The notes below the pieces were generated by a model. It saw only the letters and a program-made list of their open reading frames with translations. It ran no database searches and was not told where the DNA came from. This document shows positions 1 through 12,879 of a DNA stretch of 64,000 nt, piece by piece. This DNA comes from Macrostomum lignano. Lineage: Eukaryota. The DNA lies in assembly GCA_002269645.1 (NCBI GenBank), contig NIVC01001716.1, forward strand, positions 147,434 through 211,433. The letters run 5' to 3'. Within the stretch, counting starts at the first letter, position 1. The number at the start of each line of letters is the position of its first letter. The position numbers and the translations under genes are program-made.

Positions 1-2269
1 GAATGCAAGCAGGATGTAGGCGATAGCGAACCAACGATAGGCGGCGGAGGCAGCGCCGAGCTTCTTTGCCAGCGCGATCGGGACGCGTTTCAGTAATGGC
101 ACTGGCAGCCAGATCAGCACGCCGAACAAGTTGAAGAACAGGTGCACCAGCGCCGTCTGCAGGCTGGAGTCGCTGCCGGAGGCCAGAGCGGCCAGCAGGC
201 CGGTGGTGGTGGTGCCGAGGTTCGACCCCAGCGCGAGCGGGTACATGATCTCCACCGTGATCACTCCGGTGCCAACAAGAGGAGTCAGGGCTGACGTCAG
301 TACAGATGACGACTGGACCAGTATTGTCAGACCGGCGCCAACCACCAGCGATATGTAGTCCATGGCGAACAGCAGGCAGCGATTCTCCGTGCGTGTCACC
401 CTCTCGATAGTCGTCTTGACTTTGCTCTCCAGCAGCGAGCGCAGGATTCGAACTAGGCCAACTAGGCAGCCAATCAGAGCGGCGAGCGACAAGGCCAGTA
501 GGATGCCCCCAATGATGGCGTCCGCCCAGTGACCGGCAACCTCCATGAACATAAACTGGCCTGTTGCGTGTGGATGGTTAAAATAACAGGTATTTTGTGC
601 GGGACTGATTGAGAAGATATACATTGATAGTTTTGTGAATATTGCTGACTTAAAGTTATTTCGTAGAGTACAATAAGCAGAGAACATAAGAGGATGTCAG
701 CCTAAGCACCGGAATGAAGTCCAGGGGTTGCCGTGCGATTCACAGCCATGAGAGCCAAACCCCCAAGGCACAGAGAGTGTACATGCCTGACGATTGGAAA
801 ACCAGGTCCGCTGTACACCCTGTGTGAGCGTGTGTATGAGTGCGTGCCTTCTTTTTTGCGCGCTTGTACGAGCGTATGTGCTCAGGAGTCGGAGGAATGG
901 GCAGAGTTGCCGTCAGCGCTGGTTGTGGGCGATGTAGGCGAAGACGTTGCGCCAGGGTGTCCCACAGCCCTCCGGCAGCTATTAATATTATGGCGATTGC
1001 AGTCATTCAGACGGAGCATTGGTTTCCTTCAGTCTCCAAAGGGGGCTTAAACTGACGCCTCGTTTATTAAATGCTTCTGAATATTCGATTAATTGTGTGG
1101 AAGAAAATCTCGTAGTACACGCACTCCTATACTGTTAGTAGTAACTACAAATTCAGAAAAACAGCTTTTTCAAGTGTGTCTAAACTCACATTTCTCAAGG
1201 CAGGTACTATTTGAGGTCTTGCAGCAGACTTTAATTAGCGTACTACTGTTGCGAAGAAGCTCCGGGTCCTTCAGCAGCTTGCTGTCCAACCTAATCACCA
1301 GACCAGTGAACGGGGAAGTGATGGCTTTGAGAAAGTCGGGCGGTTTGTCCACATTGATGGTGCTGTTGGCGTTGCTGTTCACGATGAGGCCAGTCAGGCT
1401 GGTGAGGGCTCCGCTGGCCATCTCCAGGGGCAGCAGGACCAGCACAGTCAGCCAGTTGAACATGTCGTGCACTGTGGCACCGGCGAACCGGCGAACCGGC
1501 GCTCGAGTTCTTCTCTGTCGCCAATCTGGCCCAGGGAGACAATCGTGTTGGTGACCGTAGTGCCGATGTTGGCCCCCATGATCATGTAAACCGAGGAGCG
1601 CAGCTCCAGGATCTGGGCGCCGACCATTGTGATGATCAGCGAAGTGGAAGTCGACGAGCTCTGCACCAGGACGGTAAGCAGGACGCCCATCATCAGGCAG
1701 GCGACGGGGTTGGCGAACACGACGTTGTTGGACAGCAGCTCGCCAACCTGACGGCCACCGAGCAGGCGGAAGGCGGAGCTCATGAGGTCGAGTGAGCACA
1801 CAAAGAAGTACAGGCAGAGAAGCAGAGCCAGTAGTCGTAGGACGAGCAAAGCGACTCGGAGAGCTAGCGGTCTCTTTGACTGAGTCGACTCATCGGTTGA
1901 TTCATCGCTCTGCTTTGATGTTGTCGTAACTTTTTTCTCAATTGGCACTGGCTCGTCGAATGGCTCGGCTTGTTTGGAGATGGTCACGGTGCTGGAACTA
2001 AGGGGGAGGGGGCGGGTTCGAGGGTTGAAATTGACCGCTTACACCTAAAATATCAATAGCTAGCTAGAGAACAGAAGCAAGCAGACCCCAGGAAGACAGG
2101 GTAACCATCCAGGAGCGCTAGGCTTTATTGCCGAATGCTGAGATGTCAAGACTCAATAGCGAGTTTCTGAGTCGCCACGGAAAAAGTTCCGTTTTTTGCT
2201 AAAGCAACACAGGCCACAGCAGCAGAAAAGGACAGCACTGATGCTTTACCTATCAGTCGTTGATTCCAT
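1..2269 (-). pseudogene. slc34a: SLC34 (NaPi-II) sodium-phosphate cotransporter, copy 1; exons 2269-2250, 1991-1190, 560-<1 (3' end outside window); frameshifted by an 8-bp duplication
   Basis: Translation contains the SLC34 signature motifs (LVQSSSTSTS, IMGANIGTTVTN, FAGATVHDMFNWL, GSNLGTT). GT-AG boundaries are phase-compatible (MESTTDS|TVTISK..., ...EKC|QFMF). Exon 2 is 802 nt versus 794 needed, from an extra CCGGCGAA at ~1480-1500. Confidence 0.9.
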
Positions 2270-2623
2270 TGTGGCATTGGTGAGTTGGTAGGATTTTTTG
2301 GAGCAGACGGTCTAACAGATGCTGGAACAAGTTCCGCTTTTTATGATTCGAGCACAGATCCACAGGCTGTCGTATATTTATACCCAAGCCATGCTGCTTA
2401 TCGTGTCCGTTATAGTGAAGGGCAAAAACAGGAGGAGGGGGGGCTCGGATACGAATAACAAGCTGGCTGGAGCTTAGTCAATCTCGTTGCCTGCGGTGTG
2501 GGTGGGCCGAAAAAAGCAGACCACGCAGGATCTGCAGGTCGCTCCCATAGTGATTTCGAAAACATATGCAGCGACATTGAAATTTGATTTTTGTACGCCA
2601 TGAATTTGTAACAAGTTTTATCA

Positions 2624-3323
2624 GACTACATCAGGCATCACACTAGACTACATCAGGCATCACATTAGACTACATCAGGCATCACACCAGACTACATCAG
2701 GCATCACATTAGAGTAAGACATCAGGCATCACACTAGACTACATCAGGCATCACATTAGAGTAAGACATCAGGCATCACACTAGACTATATCAGGAATCA
2801 CACTAGACTATATCAAGCATCACATTAGACTACATCAGGCATCACATTAGACTATATCAGGCATCACACTAGGACTATATCAGGAATCACATTAGACTAC
2901 ATCAGGAATCACACTAGACTACATCAGGCATCACATTAGACTACATCAGGCATCACATTAGACTACATCAGGCATCATATTAGACTACATCAGGCATCAT
3001 ATTAGACTACATCAGGCATCACACTAGACTACATCAGGCATCACATTAGACTATATCAGGCATCACACTAGACTACATCAGGCATCACACTAGACTACAT
3101 CAGGCATCACACTAGACTACATCAGGCATCACACTAGACTACATCAGGCATCACACTAGACTATATCAGGCATCATATTAGACTACATCAGGCATCACAC
3201 TAGACTACATCAGGCATCATATTAGACTACATCAGGCATCACACTAGACTACACCAGGCATCACACTAGACTACATCAGGCATCATATTAGACTATATCA
3301 GGCATCACATTAGACTACATCAA
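2624..3323. repeat. 22-bp minisatellite (TAGACTACATCAGGCATCACAY)
   Basis: Direct tandem copies upstream of SLC34 copy 1; same family as 20092-21058. Confidence 0.97.
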
Positions 3324-4951
3324 TCAATAAACTTGCCCGATAAAATTAGATTAATTTAGATTTATTGTCACACAAAAGTTACTCAGTCATGCCGTTAACA
3401 ACACCTGACATGAGTGAATGCAACAATCAGTACAATTCGCAGCCCATAAATTCCAATTTTCTCGATAAGATCGCGTTTTAAAAAGTTAAAAATAGACTCC
3501 ACAAGAAGGCCTTCACAGTGCCTTGCAACACTAGTAGTGTTTTAACTTTCAGAAATTTATTTTGCGTAACTTTATGAGGTTCAAAGTTTGAAAAATGAGT
3601 TACAAAATTACATATTTAGTGAGTGCTCGCAGGACAAGTTGTCTGTTTTTTCTACCACTAAATAAATTAAACGTGTTTTGGTCCATAATTTTAACTTAAA
3701 AGTTTATTTTGCTAGATAAGCTTGTGAAAAAATATTATTGAGAACCGGGAGAGAACAAAACACAGCTGTGTTTTCAAAACAGGGTTCGTAAATATTCGCC
3801 TATAACAATCTAAAAAGTGTTACTCTACCACGCATGATTATTGTAGAAATTTGCAAACCTCTATAATAAGTTGATTTTCGTCAAATGAATCAATGCAGGA
3901 AAATTCCGGGTGTATAATATTCCCATTTGTTTCGGTTCCCTAGGGTGGGAGGCTCGAGGCGCATAGTTGAACCCCAGTGAAGCTCAGTCCAGTGTCTATG
4001 GTATGTAACGCATTTTATTTAATGGCCGGGCTGTGAAATCAGCTATATGTAGTGCAGAACAGCGAAAAATTTAGAACAAGAGAAGAAAAATAACAAAGTC
4101 CAGTAGATCCGGAGAAATCTTCATATCTAGGGCCTCAAAAATCGCCAGGATCGGAAGGTCTTCCATGTCGAATTGACTTGCCAGAAAGTATACGATTGCG
4201 AATTGATTAGCTGCTTGAGATTTGGGATCGCCTGGTTGAGCCACACTTAAGTTCAAATATAATAACACACCCAGATTTGCTGTCTATGGCGTAAAGAATG
4301 GCTTCGGACTGCGCATCCTCATCCTCACGCATCCTCAGCCATTCTATACGCCAAAGAAACTGTCGTGCCGTAAACTTGGCATAAAGAAACTCAAGTTTTA
4401 TTTTAACTCGCAAGTAGCCGCCTATTTATTAATGACACTAGCAGGGGCTGAGAGAACACCGAAATAGAGTCACGTGATGACAATTAACTACGTACAAGTA
4501 CATGGAAGCTTAGGGGTATGGCCATTCAGAGCAAAGGGAGAGGAAAGAATGGTGTGCACGGACGATTGACGTACATAGCATAAGTTAGTTAGTCAGTGCC
4601 TAGAGCTCCCGGCATCACAAAAACAAATCTGGGGGGGGGGGTTATCTTATAATTATTGACCGAGGCGAAGCGGAGGTCAGTAAAAGTTATTTCCGTTTAT
4701 TTATTTCTTTGGTCTAAAGCAAATGCAGAGGACTCGTTTCTTGGAAGCGAGTCCGAAGCTTTTGATTCAGACCATAGACTAAAATGAACGGAAATAATAT
4801 ATTTATACCCCGGCCGTTTGGACAAACTAACACTGTACATTTTAACCATAGACAAATGTTGATTTGATGCAGTTCACGAAAACGACTGTGTTCGCGTTTG
4901 GTATTTCAAATTGAGTGGTTGCCTCTACTTAATTCCCTTTAATTTTAATCT

Positions 4952-5570
4952 GTGACACTTCACGTTATTTTCAACTTGAGTGATATTGACATCGTCGATT
5001 TTGAATCACTTAGTCTTGCTGAAGTCTTCTTGAGTGAATTGCCACTGGCTCCCGAAACCGATTACAACGAAGATGAGCAGAGACTCAAAGAAATGATTGC
5101 GTTTGTAGTGTCAGAAGCTACAACGAAGAAGTGTAAATGGATGGTAGAAATCTTTCGATCGTGGCACAAAAGGAAGAAGACTCAATGGGCTAAGGCAGAA
5201 TATGGACCGAGTTTGATGGTGTTGGCCGATCTATTCGAGATGAGCAAGCAAGATCTAAACTTGTTCTTAAGTGGATTAGCTAAGAGATACGAAATAAGCG
5301 TGGTGTTCGCTATGACGCTTCTACATTGAAGGATTTTTTCAGTATGTTGCAATACTTGGTCAACGAATGTGGAAAGCCATGGAGCCTCTGGAAGGACGTG
5401 GATTGCGTCGTGCAGGACCTGTACCATCTAGCATCGAAGAGAAGCTCTGGTCTGAAGGTGTGCTCGGTAGTGATAGTCCACGACAACTGGTGAGTTCCAC
5501 GATTTGGGGTGTGGGAAAACATTTCGCACTACGCGGTGGTTCGGAGTTGCGAGTTGTTCAATACTCGTAA
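4952..5570 (+). mobile_element. Crypton-type tyrosine-recombinase (DUF3504/KCTD1-ZMYM-like) DNA transposon relic
   Basis: ATTKKCKWMVEIFRSW...EMSKQDLNLFL, then EEKLWSEGVLGSDSPRQLVSSTIWGVGKHFALRGGSELR, match the DUF3504 pattern (EE.LW..G.LG..SP..L...FALRG..E.R). The coding region is interrupted by stops and truncated. Confidence 0.75.
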
Positions 5571-5968
5571 CCGTTAGCTATTGTACATCATAATCTGTCG
5601 CATAAACTTGTTTGATTACTTTTCTGCTGCTTATTCATTGTCTTATTTATTTGGATCGTTTATTTGGCCGGGACTTTGTCGGATGTTTTTTACATTGGAC
5701 CATAAACTTATTTGGCGCGGCCAAAAGGGGTATAAATGAATTTCGCGCCGAGAGCCTTCGATCCACCCTAGACAGCCGACTGAAATAGGAAATATGGTAT
5801 TTATTCCTCAATTGCCCGCCAACTTTGATTGCACTTTCATTCATTCATGAGTACATTTATGAAAAATACATTCATGAGACAATGGGTTTGTGCATATGGT
5901 TTTGTCATAGACAATTATTAATTTTAGTCACTCGTGGCTTCACCACGCGTGAAAAATTCATTATTGTC

Positions 5969-6111
5969 TGTTGTGTGCGTATGCGAATTATTCGTCTATG
6001 TGCGAAACCATCTGCCCCCGTTTATATGTCGACCCCAAACAAGCGACCAAATATATTAACTCATTTTCGGCCTAGCATTGAATACTGTGGCTTAAGGCCA
6101 AGAACATAACA
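5969..6111 (+). repeat. 5' LTR (143 bp)
   Basis: Starts TG, ends CA; matches 9753-9894 except 2 substitutions and one 1-nt indel. Confidence 0.95.
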
Positions 6112-9100
6112 TGGCATAGCAAGCAGTTAATCTGACCTGCTGCTAGCATTAAGCTGATCGGCAAGAATGAGCAAAAGCCCGAATCCAGCGATGGGATCAA
6201 AGGCCCGGCGATCGATATCGCCTACGAGACCAGTGACAAGCCAAGGAGCAGGAGCCGCTGCTGTGACTGCAAGTACCAGTCGGTTCAGCCTTCCTGGGCT
6301 ACAGATCCTGCGTCTCGATCTAGCAACAGATACCATAGACGAGTTTGACGCATGGCAAGCGACCATCGAGGCCTATTTCGAGGCAATGGGGGTCAAGCTG
6401 AGCGAAGCGGACAGCCCCGAAGTGAAGGCACAGAAATCCGCCCACCGCAGGGCCTGCGTTTTAAACTCTTTCTCTGCTGCGACGTTCAACAAATACAAAA
6501 ACCTGCCCCTATCTGTGGAACAACTTCGAGACCCGGAATTGGTCATCAAGACTTTGCGGGAGCACCTACTCGGGCAAGTGAACGTTATTGTTGAGCACAA
6601 TCGGTTCTGGACTCGTCAGCAAAAGGACGGCGAAACATTCTCCGACTACATCATGGAATTAAGAGACCTGATGAGAACTTGTGCATTTTGTAAGCACTCA
6701 GACGATTTATTACGGGACAAAATCGTTCTAGGAATCAGAGATCCAGATACGGTAAAACGCCTGCTGGCCCAGCCGAAACTCAGTCTCTCCGAGGCAATTA
6801 CAATTGCCTGACAATTGCCTGACGGTACCGGTCTTGTCATGGAGAGCATGCGTTGATTTGGGAATAATTCCCAGGTATTTTCCTCGACAACAAATCAACT
6901 CGATCGCCACAAGAACTGCTACAGCAGAAGACCTAATCAGCGAATTCCCGGCTGTATTCGATGGGATAGTAAGACCAATGAAGGGTGAAGCATTTTCGAT
7001 CAAGCTTCGTGAAGACGCTCAACCTTTCTCCATTAAGACACCAAGGATACCGTTCCCATTGTACGAGCGACTTAAAGCTGAGCTGGACTCGTTGGAAGCT
7101 CAGGAAATAATCTGCAAAGTCACTGTTCCTACGCGCCAAAGAAAGACAATGGGATAGGATACGGATGTGCGTCGACTTTCGGGAATTAAACAAATGTTAT
7201 TCTACCAAGGTACCAGTCTCAGACGCCATTGGAAGTCGTTGCAAGCACAGATGCTAGTCGCGCCAAGTATTTCTCTGTAGTTGACGCCTTGAAAGGATAC
7301 CACCAAATACCGCTGGCTAAAGAAAGTATGCACCTGACAACGTTCATCACGCCGTTTAGTAGTTATATGTTTAGGATGGCACCATTCGGTATAAGCTCTA
7401 TTTCTGAATATTACAACCAGAGACTTGACGACACTTTTCAAGGACTCAAGGAAGTTCGACATGTCGTTGATGACTGTCTAATCGCAACTTCTGACGAGGA
7501 ATCACACGTACAAGCGGTTCGTCAGTTTCTGCAGCGCTGTCAAGACAATGGGGTAGCATTAAATAAAAAGAAGTTTGCATTTTGCAAGACTCAAATTGAT
7601 TTTGCCGGATTTCGATTGTCAGCTGATGGCTACAGCATTGATCCGGAGCTTATGAAAGCGGTCAGAAAATTTCCCACTCCAAACAATATTACCGACCTAC
7701 GCGCGTTCTTTGGCCTAGTCAACCAAGTCGGCACGTTTACGTCAGACATAGCAGAAGTCACAGCCTCGTTAAGGCCGCTGTTTCCGAGAAGAATTTATTT
7801 CAATGGGGAGACGAACATCAAACGGCATTTGAAGCAGCCCGTCGCCGCCTGGCAATTGCTCCTACACTGGCCTATTATGACCAACGCAAGCCAACAGCCC
7901 TGCACACGGATGCATCTCGACTTAAGGGAATCGGATTCTTGCTCAAACAGCAGCAGACCGATGGAAGCTGGCGTGTGGTTCAAGCTGGCTCGAGATTCAT
8001 TTCAGAGACCGAGTCACGCTATGCCATGATCGAGTTGGAACTGTTAGCTGTGGTCTGGGCGACTCAGAAGTGCAGACTCTTCCTTGAGGGCCTTCATGAG
8101 TTTGAAATTGTAACCGACCACAAGCCGCTGATACCAATCCTGAACAGTTATCAGCTGGATCAAATAGAAAATTCCAGGATTCAGCGTCTTCGAGCGAAAC
8201 TGAACCGCTACGTATACAAGGCGCGATGGGTAAAAGGCAAGGACAATGCCGACGCAGACGCTCTGGCGCGAGCACCGGTGGACAATCCGACAGCACAGGA
8301 TGAACTGGGCGAGTCTGCAGATTTTCAACTTACCAATCAGCTCTTAATGCACCTCGAATCAGCAGAGCTGGATCCTATTCTGCAAAGAGTGCGACAAAGC
8401 ACAGCTTCTGATCAGGAGTTGCAAGACCTGATGCAATATATTCGGGATGGCTTTCCCAATGACAAGGCAAACTTACATTACCTCTGCACTCTGCACTCTC
8501 ACATTTTGGCATGTAAGAGACAAAAAGCTCTCAGTCGACGACGGCATCATTCTATGCGGATGTCGTTGCGTCATACCACATGCAATGAGGAAACAGATTT
8601 TGACGGACTTACACGCAAGTCACCAAGGTCTGCACAAGACAAAGCAGAGAGCAAGGATGGTCGTCTACTGGCCTGGCATCGATCGGGACATTGAAAATAC
8701 AGTCAAGCAGTGTCAGTCCTGTCGGGAACATCTACCATCGCAGATCAGGGAGCCGATGACAACCCAGGACCAACCGGATCGATGTTTTCAACACATACAT
8801 GCAGATTTCTGCGAGCATGCCGGCAAGAAGTTCCTTGTGCTCGTGGATGCATACTCAGGCTGGCCAGCGTTCTGTCATTTCGGTGATCGAGCACCCACGT
8901 ACAAGCTGATAAACGCTTGCCGCGAATTCTTTTGCCAAACAGCTGTACCGGAGAAATTCTGTGCAAATTGAGGGCCACAATTTAAAGCACAGCCGTTCGT
9001 TAATTTTTTACGTCGCTGGGGTGTGAACATCAAATACTCATCTTCGTATTGCCATCAAAGCAATGGAAGAGCAGAAGCTGCCGTGAAAAGTATAAAGAAG

Positions 9101-9752
9101 ATCGTTCGAGGAGCATGGGACAGTCGCTTGAATGACTTGGACAAAGACAAGATGGCTCAGGGTTTGCTGCAGCTGCGAAACATGCCCATGTACGATGGCA
9201 GAATTCCATCTGTAATGGTCTATGGACACACAGTCAGAGACACGCTGCCCGCGCATAGGAAAAGTTTTGCAAAGGAATGGAAGGACAAGGTCTGGAAAAT
9301 GGAGGAAAAAAGCTGCAGAAATTCACGCTAAAGTTCATCAACACTACAATGCCTCGAAGCGACAACTGGAACCTCTCCGAGTCGGCAGTCACGTTGTTCT
9401 TCAAAACCCTGTAAAAGCTTTGGGACAAGAAGGGCGTCGTAGTAGAAGTTGGTCGGCACCAGGACTACATGGTCAAGTTAGTAAGCGGCCGAATTTTCCG
9501 TCGCAATCGTGTGTACATCCGCCGATGTCTACCACAAGAACAGCTCTCTACTACTGGTGCATCTCAGAAGGAAGGTGAAGCACAAGACGCCCCGGACAAG
9601 CCAAAGACCGCACAGCCAAGGCGAAGTCAACGGTCGAACAAGGGAGTCCCGGCACCCAAGTTGCATTACAGGAAGTTGGGTGAACCAGTTAACGCTTAAA
9701 AGGGGAGATGAGGAAGAAAGAACTGTAAAACTGTTTTGCTTAAAAGGGGAGA

Positions 9753-9894
9753 TGTTGTGTGCGTATGCGAATTATTCGTCTATGTGCGAAACCATCTGCC
9801 CCCGTTTATATGTCGACCCCAAACAAGCGACCAAATATATTAACTCATTTCGGCCTAGCACTGATTACTGTGGCTTAAGGCCAAGAACATAACA
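9753..9894 (+). repeat. 3' LTR (142 bp)
   Basis: Follows the polypurine tract; direct repeat of 5969-6111. Confidence 0.95.
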
Positions 9895-9954
9895 AATACC
9901 TCCAAAACAAGATACACAATCTACCATTGCTGTGTATAAATTCTGACTCTGTCT

Positions 9955-9971
9955 CGCGCTCTGTCTCTCTC

Positions 9972-10006
<35 letters not shown>
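9955..10006. repeat. (CT)n microsatellite
   Basis: Direct reading. Confidence 0.95.
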
Positions 10007-10008
<2 letters not shown>

Positions 10009-10370
10009 CTTTGTCTACAGTCTATGGTTAAAAGTGGAACGGTTTCAAGAAGTGTCTCGTAAAAAGTATACATGGTATTCATTCCCGCTTGGGCATTGGC
10101 CAAAGACTGTAGAAACTCCATGTTTGCCTCGGCCCTTTATCCAATTCTCAACATTAATGAATAGAATCATGGATTGCTCGTCCGTCTTCAATTTGGGTTA
10201 CAATTTTGCTCCCCGAAACCCCCGTTTGTATTGATTGGCTACTAAATATTTCTTAGTAGTCTAAGGCAAAGACAGCAATCCAAGCCAAAATAAATAAATA
10301 AATGAAGTAAATAAATTTGCACACAGTACACAGTACAATCCCTCCGTTCTCCACTTATAATTATACTAAG

Positions 10371-12340
10371 ATGGCCACCGAAAAGCGTCTGCCTAATTTT
10401 AGCCAGCGAGAGGTCGAGGTCCTAGCTCATATTGGAGCACGCAAGAGACAGTCCGGCACTGAGAGCAAAGCATAGAGATGCAGGCACAAACTCTCAAAAG
10501 AAGAAGCTTCTGGAAACGATCGCCACAGCGGTTTCTGCTGTTAGAGTATCGAGGCGCTCTCCAGAAGAATGTCGGAAAAAATTGCGTCATTGTGTAGCGA
10601 AACAAAGTCTCGGGTGGCCACAGTGTTCAATGAGCAAAGACGCACAGGCGGCGGCGTTTCAACAGCTGAACCACTGACGCAACAGGATCAAGCAGTCCTA
10701 GGCTTTCTACCCGACGTCGCATAGAAGGGTGCGGAAGGTGGATTTGATTCGTCGGCAGAAATGTCATCTGTGACTGACAAGACATCCACGATCGTCGGTA
10801 TGACAAAATCAGACCACAATAGGTCGGCTAACAGTTCGGCTGCCAGTTCGACTACTAGCCCGACGGAAGACAGTATCAACAAGACAACGGAGGGAAATGG
10901 CGACAACGAACCATCAACAAAAGTGAAGCCCACAGCAGTCATTTTCAACGGTCGCAAGCGCCATGTCGAAGACAAAGACGTTTCGACGCTCTGAGTATGC
11001 AGCGGGAAATGGTGGAGCTGCAGAAGGAGCCTGTCCACCTGGGCATACACCTGTTGCTAAACGCTTTATTAAGCGTTGTAAGTTCTCATTATGAGAACTG
11101 AAAAGTTTAATCATCCGTTGACTGCTGTGTTGACAACCAGCAGACATTGCAAGGGTTTCTTTATTCAGTGTTCGCTAATAGTTTAGTACTAACACTTCAT
11201 TACTAAGTACTAACATCTTAATAGCAGCCTGATACCAGTTTTTCTCGTTTTACATACCATAATAAACAATAAAAACGATATTCGATTGTGAGCGTGAATG
11301 TCTCGATATTCTTTTCGAACTAGTCATTACGACCTAAAAAAAGAAAGCAACCACTCGATCACGCTCCACAGCACCGGCGACATCTTGTTCTCCACCTTCA
11401 AATCCATCGTCGACGATGTCCTCCACGCTCATCTCCATCACGTCAGGAACACGAATGCGACGGGCTTTGTTATGCAGGAAAATGCAGACGACAACGACCC
11501 GAGCCGAAAGAGCGGGGTCGAATTGCAAAGGCCCAGTGACTTTGTTAGACAAACAAAGGAACCAAGACTTAAGAATCCCAAATGTCCTCTCTATTGCGAC
11601 ACGCGTCTTTCGCAGAGCCTGATTGTATGCTCTAATTGACAGAGCCGGGGTACACATACGGCGTGAGCAGGTATGGTTTCAACGCGTAGCCACTATCACC
11701 AAGGAGCCACTTGTCACCAAACTCGCCATTTAAAATTCGTTGTTTTAGATCCGACTGATTGAAAATGAACGAATCGTTTGCTGAACCAGGAAAGCGGACA
11801 ACAGCGTCCACTATTTTTAAATCGCTGTCACACACACACACTGTACGTTAATCGAGTGGTATCCTTTGCGGTTCGCGAACACATTTTCGTTTTCACTCGG
11901 AGACTTTATGGAAATGTGGGTCCCATTAATGCAACCGAGTACCTTAGGGAACCCGGCGATGGCAGCGAACTGAACTGACACCGTCTCTCTCTGTAGCTCC
12001 GAACCGAAGCTAATATCCTCTCGAACTGTACTCACCAAGCAGTCGACAACTTCACGACAACTTCACGAACAATGCGACTAACAGATGGTCGAGAAACCCC
12101 AAATGACGCCTGCCGATTGCTAACCAGACATCCTGTTGCTAAGTAATTTACATGTATTGTGACACACAGCTTTACAACGGTGGGTATAGCCTGATTCCTG
12201 TGCGTTCTGGGCTCCAGATTTTGTCCCATGGTGTCCAGCAATTCCACGATAGCGCCTCTTGGAAACGGTATCGTTTCAGTAACTCGTCTGCTAAGGTGAG
12301 GGGATCGCTCCTAAAAGTCACAGAAGACACCCCACTGTAG
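10371..12340. mobile_element. PIF/Harbinger DNA transposon relic: Myb/SANT ORF (+, from 10371) convergent with a DDE_Tnp_4/HARBI1-like transposase (-, ~12340-11334)
   Basis: MATEKRLPNFSQREVEVL is a Myb/SANT-like start. The minus strand gives RYRF..., [64 protein letters not shown]. Multiple frameshifts; TIRs not identified. Confidence 0.9.
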
Positions 12341-12879
12341 CGGTAGGCCTACTAACAAAAACACAGGGTAGCCCTATTGTTGTCATTAGTTGGTAATGAG
12401 GGTTATTATGTCAAAAATACTTAGTGACCAACAGAGTTCTGGCGATAAATTGGAGTAGTAGTGGATCAATTTTTGTGCTCGTATCTCCAGAAGACTCAGC
12501 AAACAAAGGAGTCACTAAATAAAGCTTTATAAGAATCTTCACTATATAGCCACATTCTACCGTATTTTGCAACACGGACCTTACACTTTAACATGTTGCC
12601 TTTCGATAAACATCAGCAGTTTCAGCAGTCCTACCAATGAACCGTTTTCGGAATCGAAATTACTTACGACTCCTGCGCAGGTTTAGGACTTTCTTCCCTG
12701 GCTAGTGAAGATTCACCTATGTTTTCCAAAAAAGCATCTGGAATTGGATAAGTTTTTTACCACAGAGGCAAACTCACTGACTACAAGGTAAAACCTATCT
12801 AAGTAAATTATTCATGGATCGGCCTCCAAGTTTTGTAGTTTTCCGTCCCGAGTATTGAGTAGTCCCTGGGCGGGTGTCA

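Larger units (their letters stand above)
5969..9894 (+). mobile_element. Ty3/Gypsy LTR retrotransposon, internally deleted and frameshifted (gag 6167-6811, RT 7229-7790, RNase H 7939-8300, integrase 8447-9400)
   Basis: TG...CA LTRs at 5969-6111 and 9753-9894. PBS-like TGGCATAGC at 6112 and PPT AAAAGGGGAGA at 9742-9752. RT motifs DALKGYHQI, VDDCLI; RNase H TDHKPL, NADADALAR; integrase H-H-C-C, HADF, SNGRAEAAVK; order RT-RH-IN. Confidence 0.96.

Noticed and set aside
2035-2110. Conserved GTAAG donor-like site and ATG in SLC34 intron 1 as a coding exon
   Set aside because: In-frame stops in the relevant phases; the 20-nt exon at 2269-2250 gives a clean in-phase start in both copies.
4071-4413. 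Short minus-strand ORFs upstream of the Crypton relic
   Set aside because: No recognisable motif or splice structure; cannot support a call.
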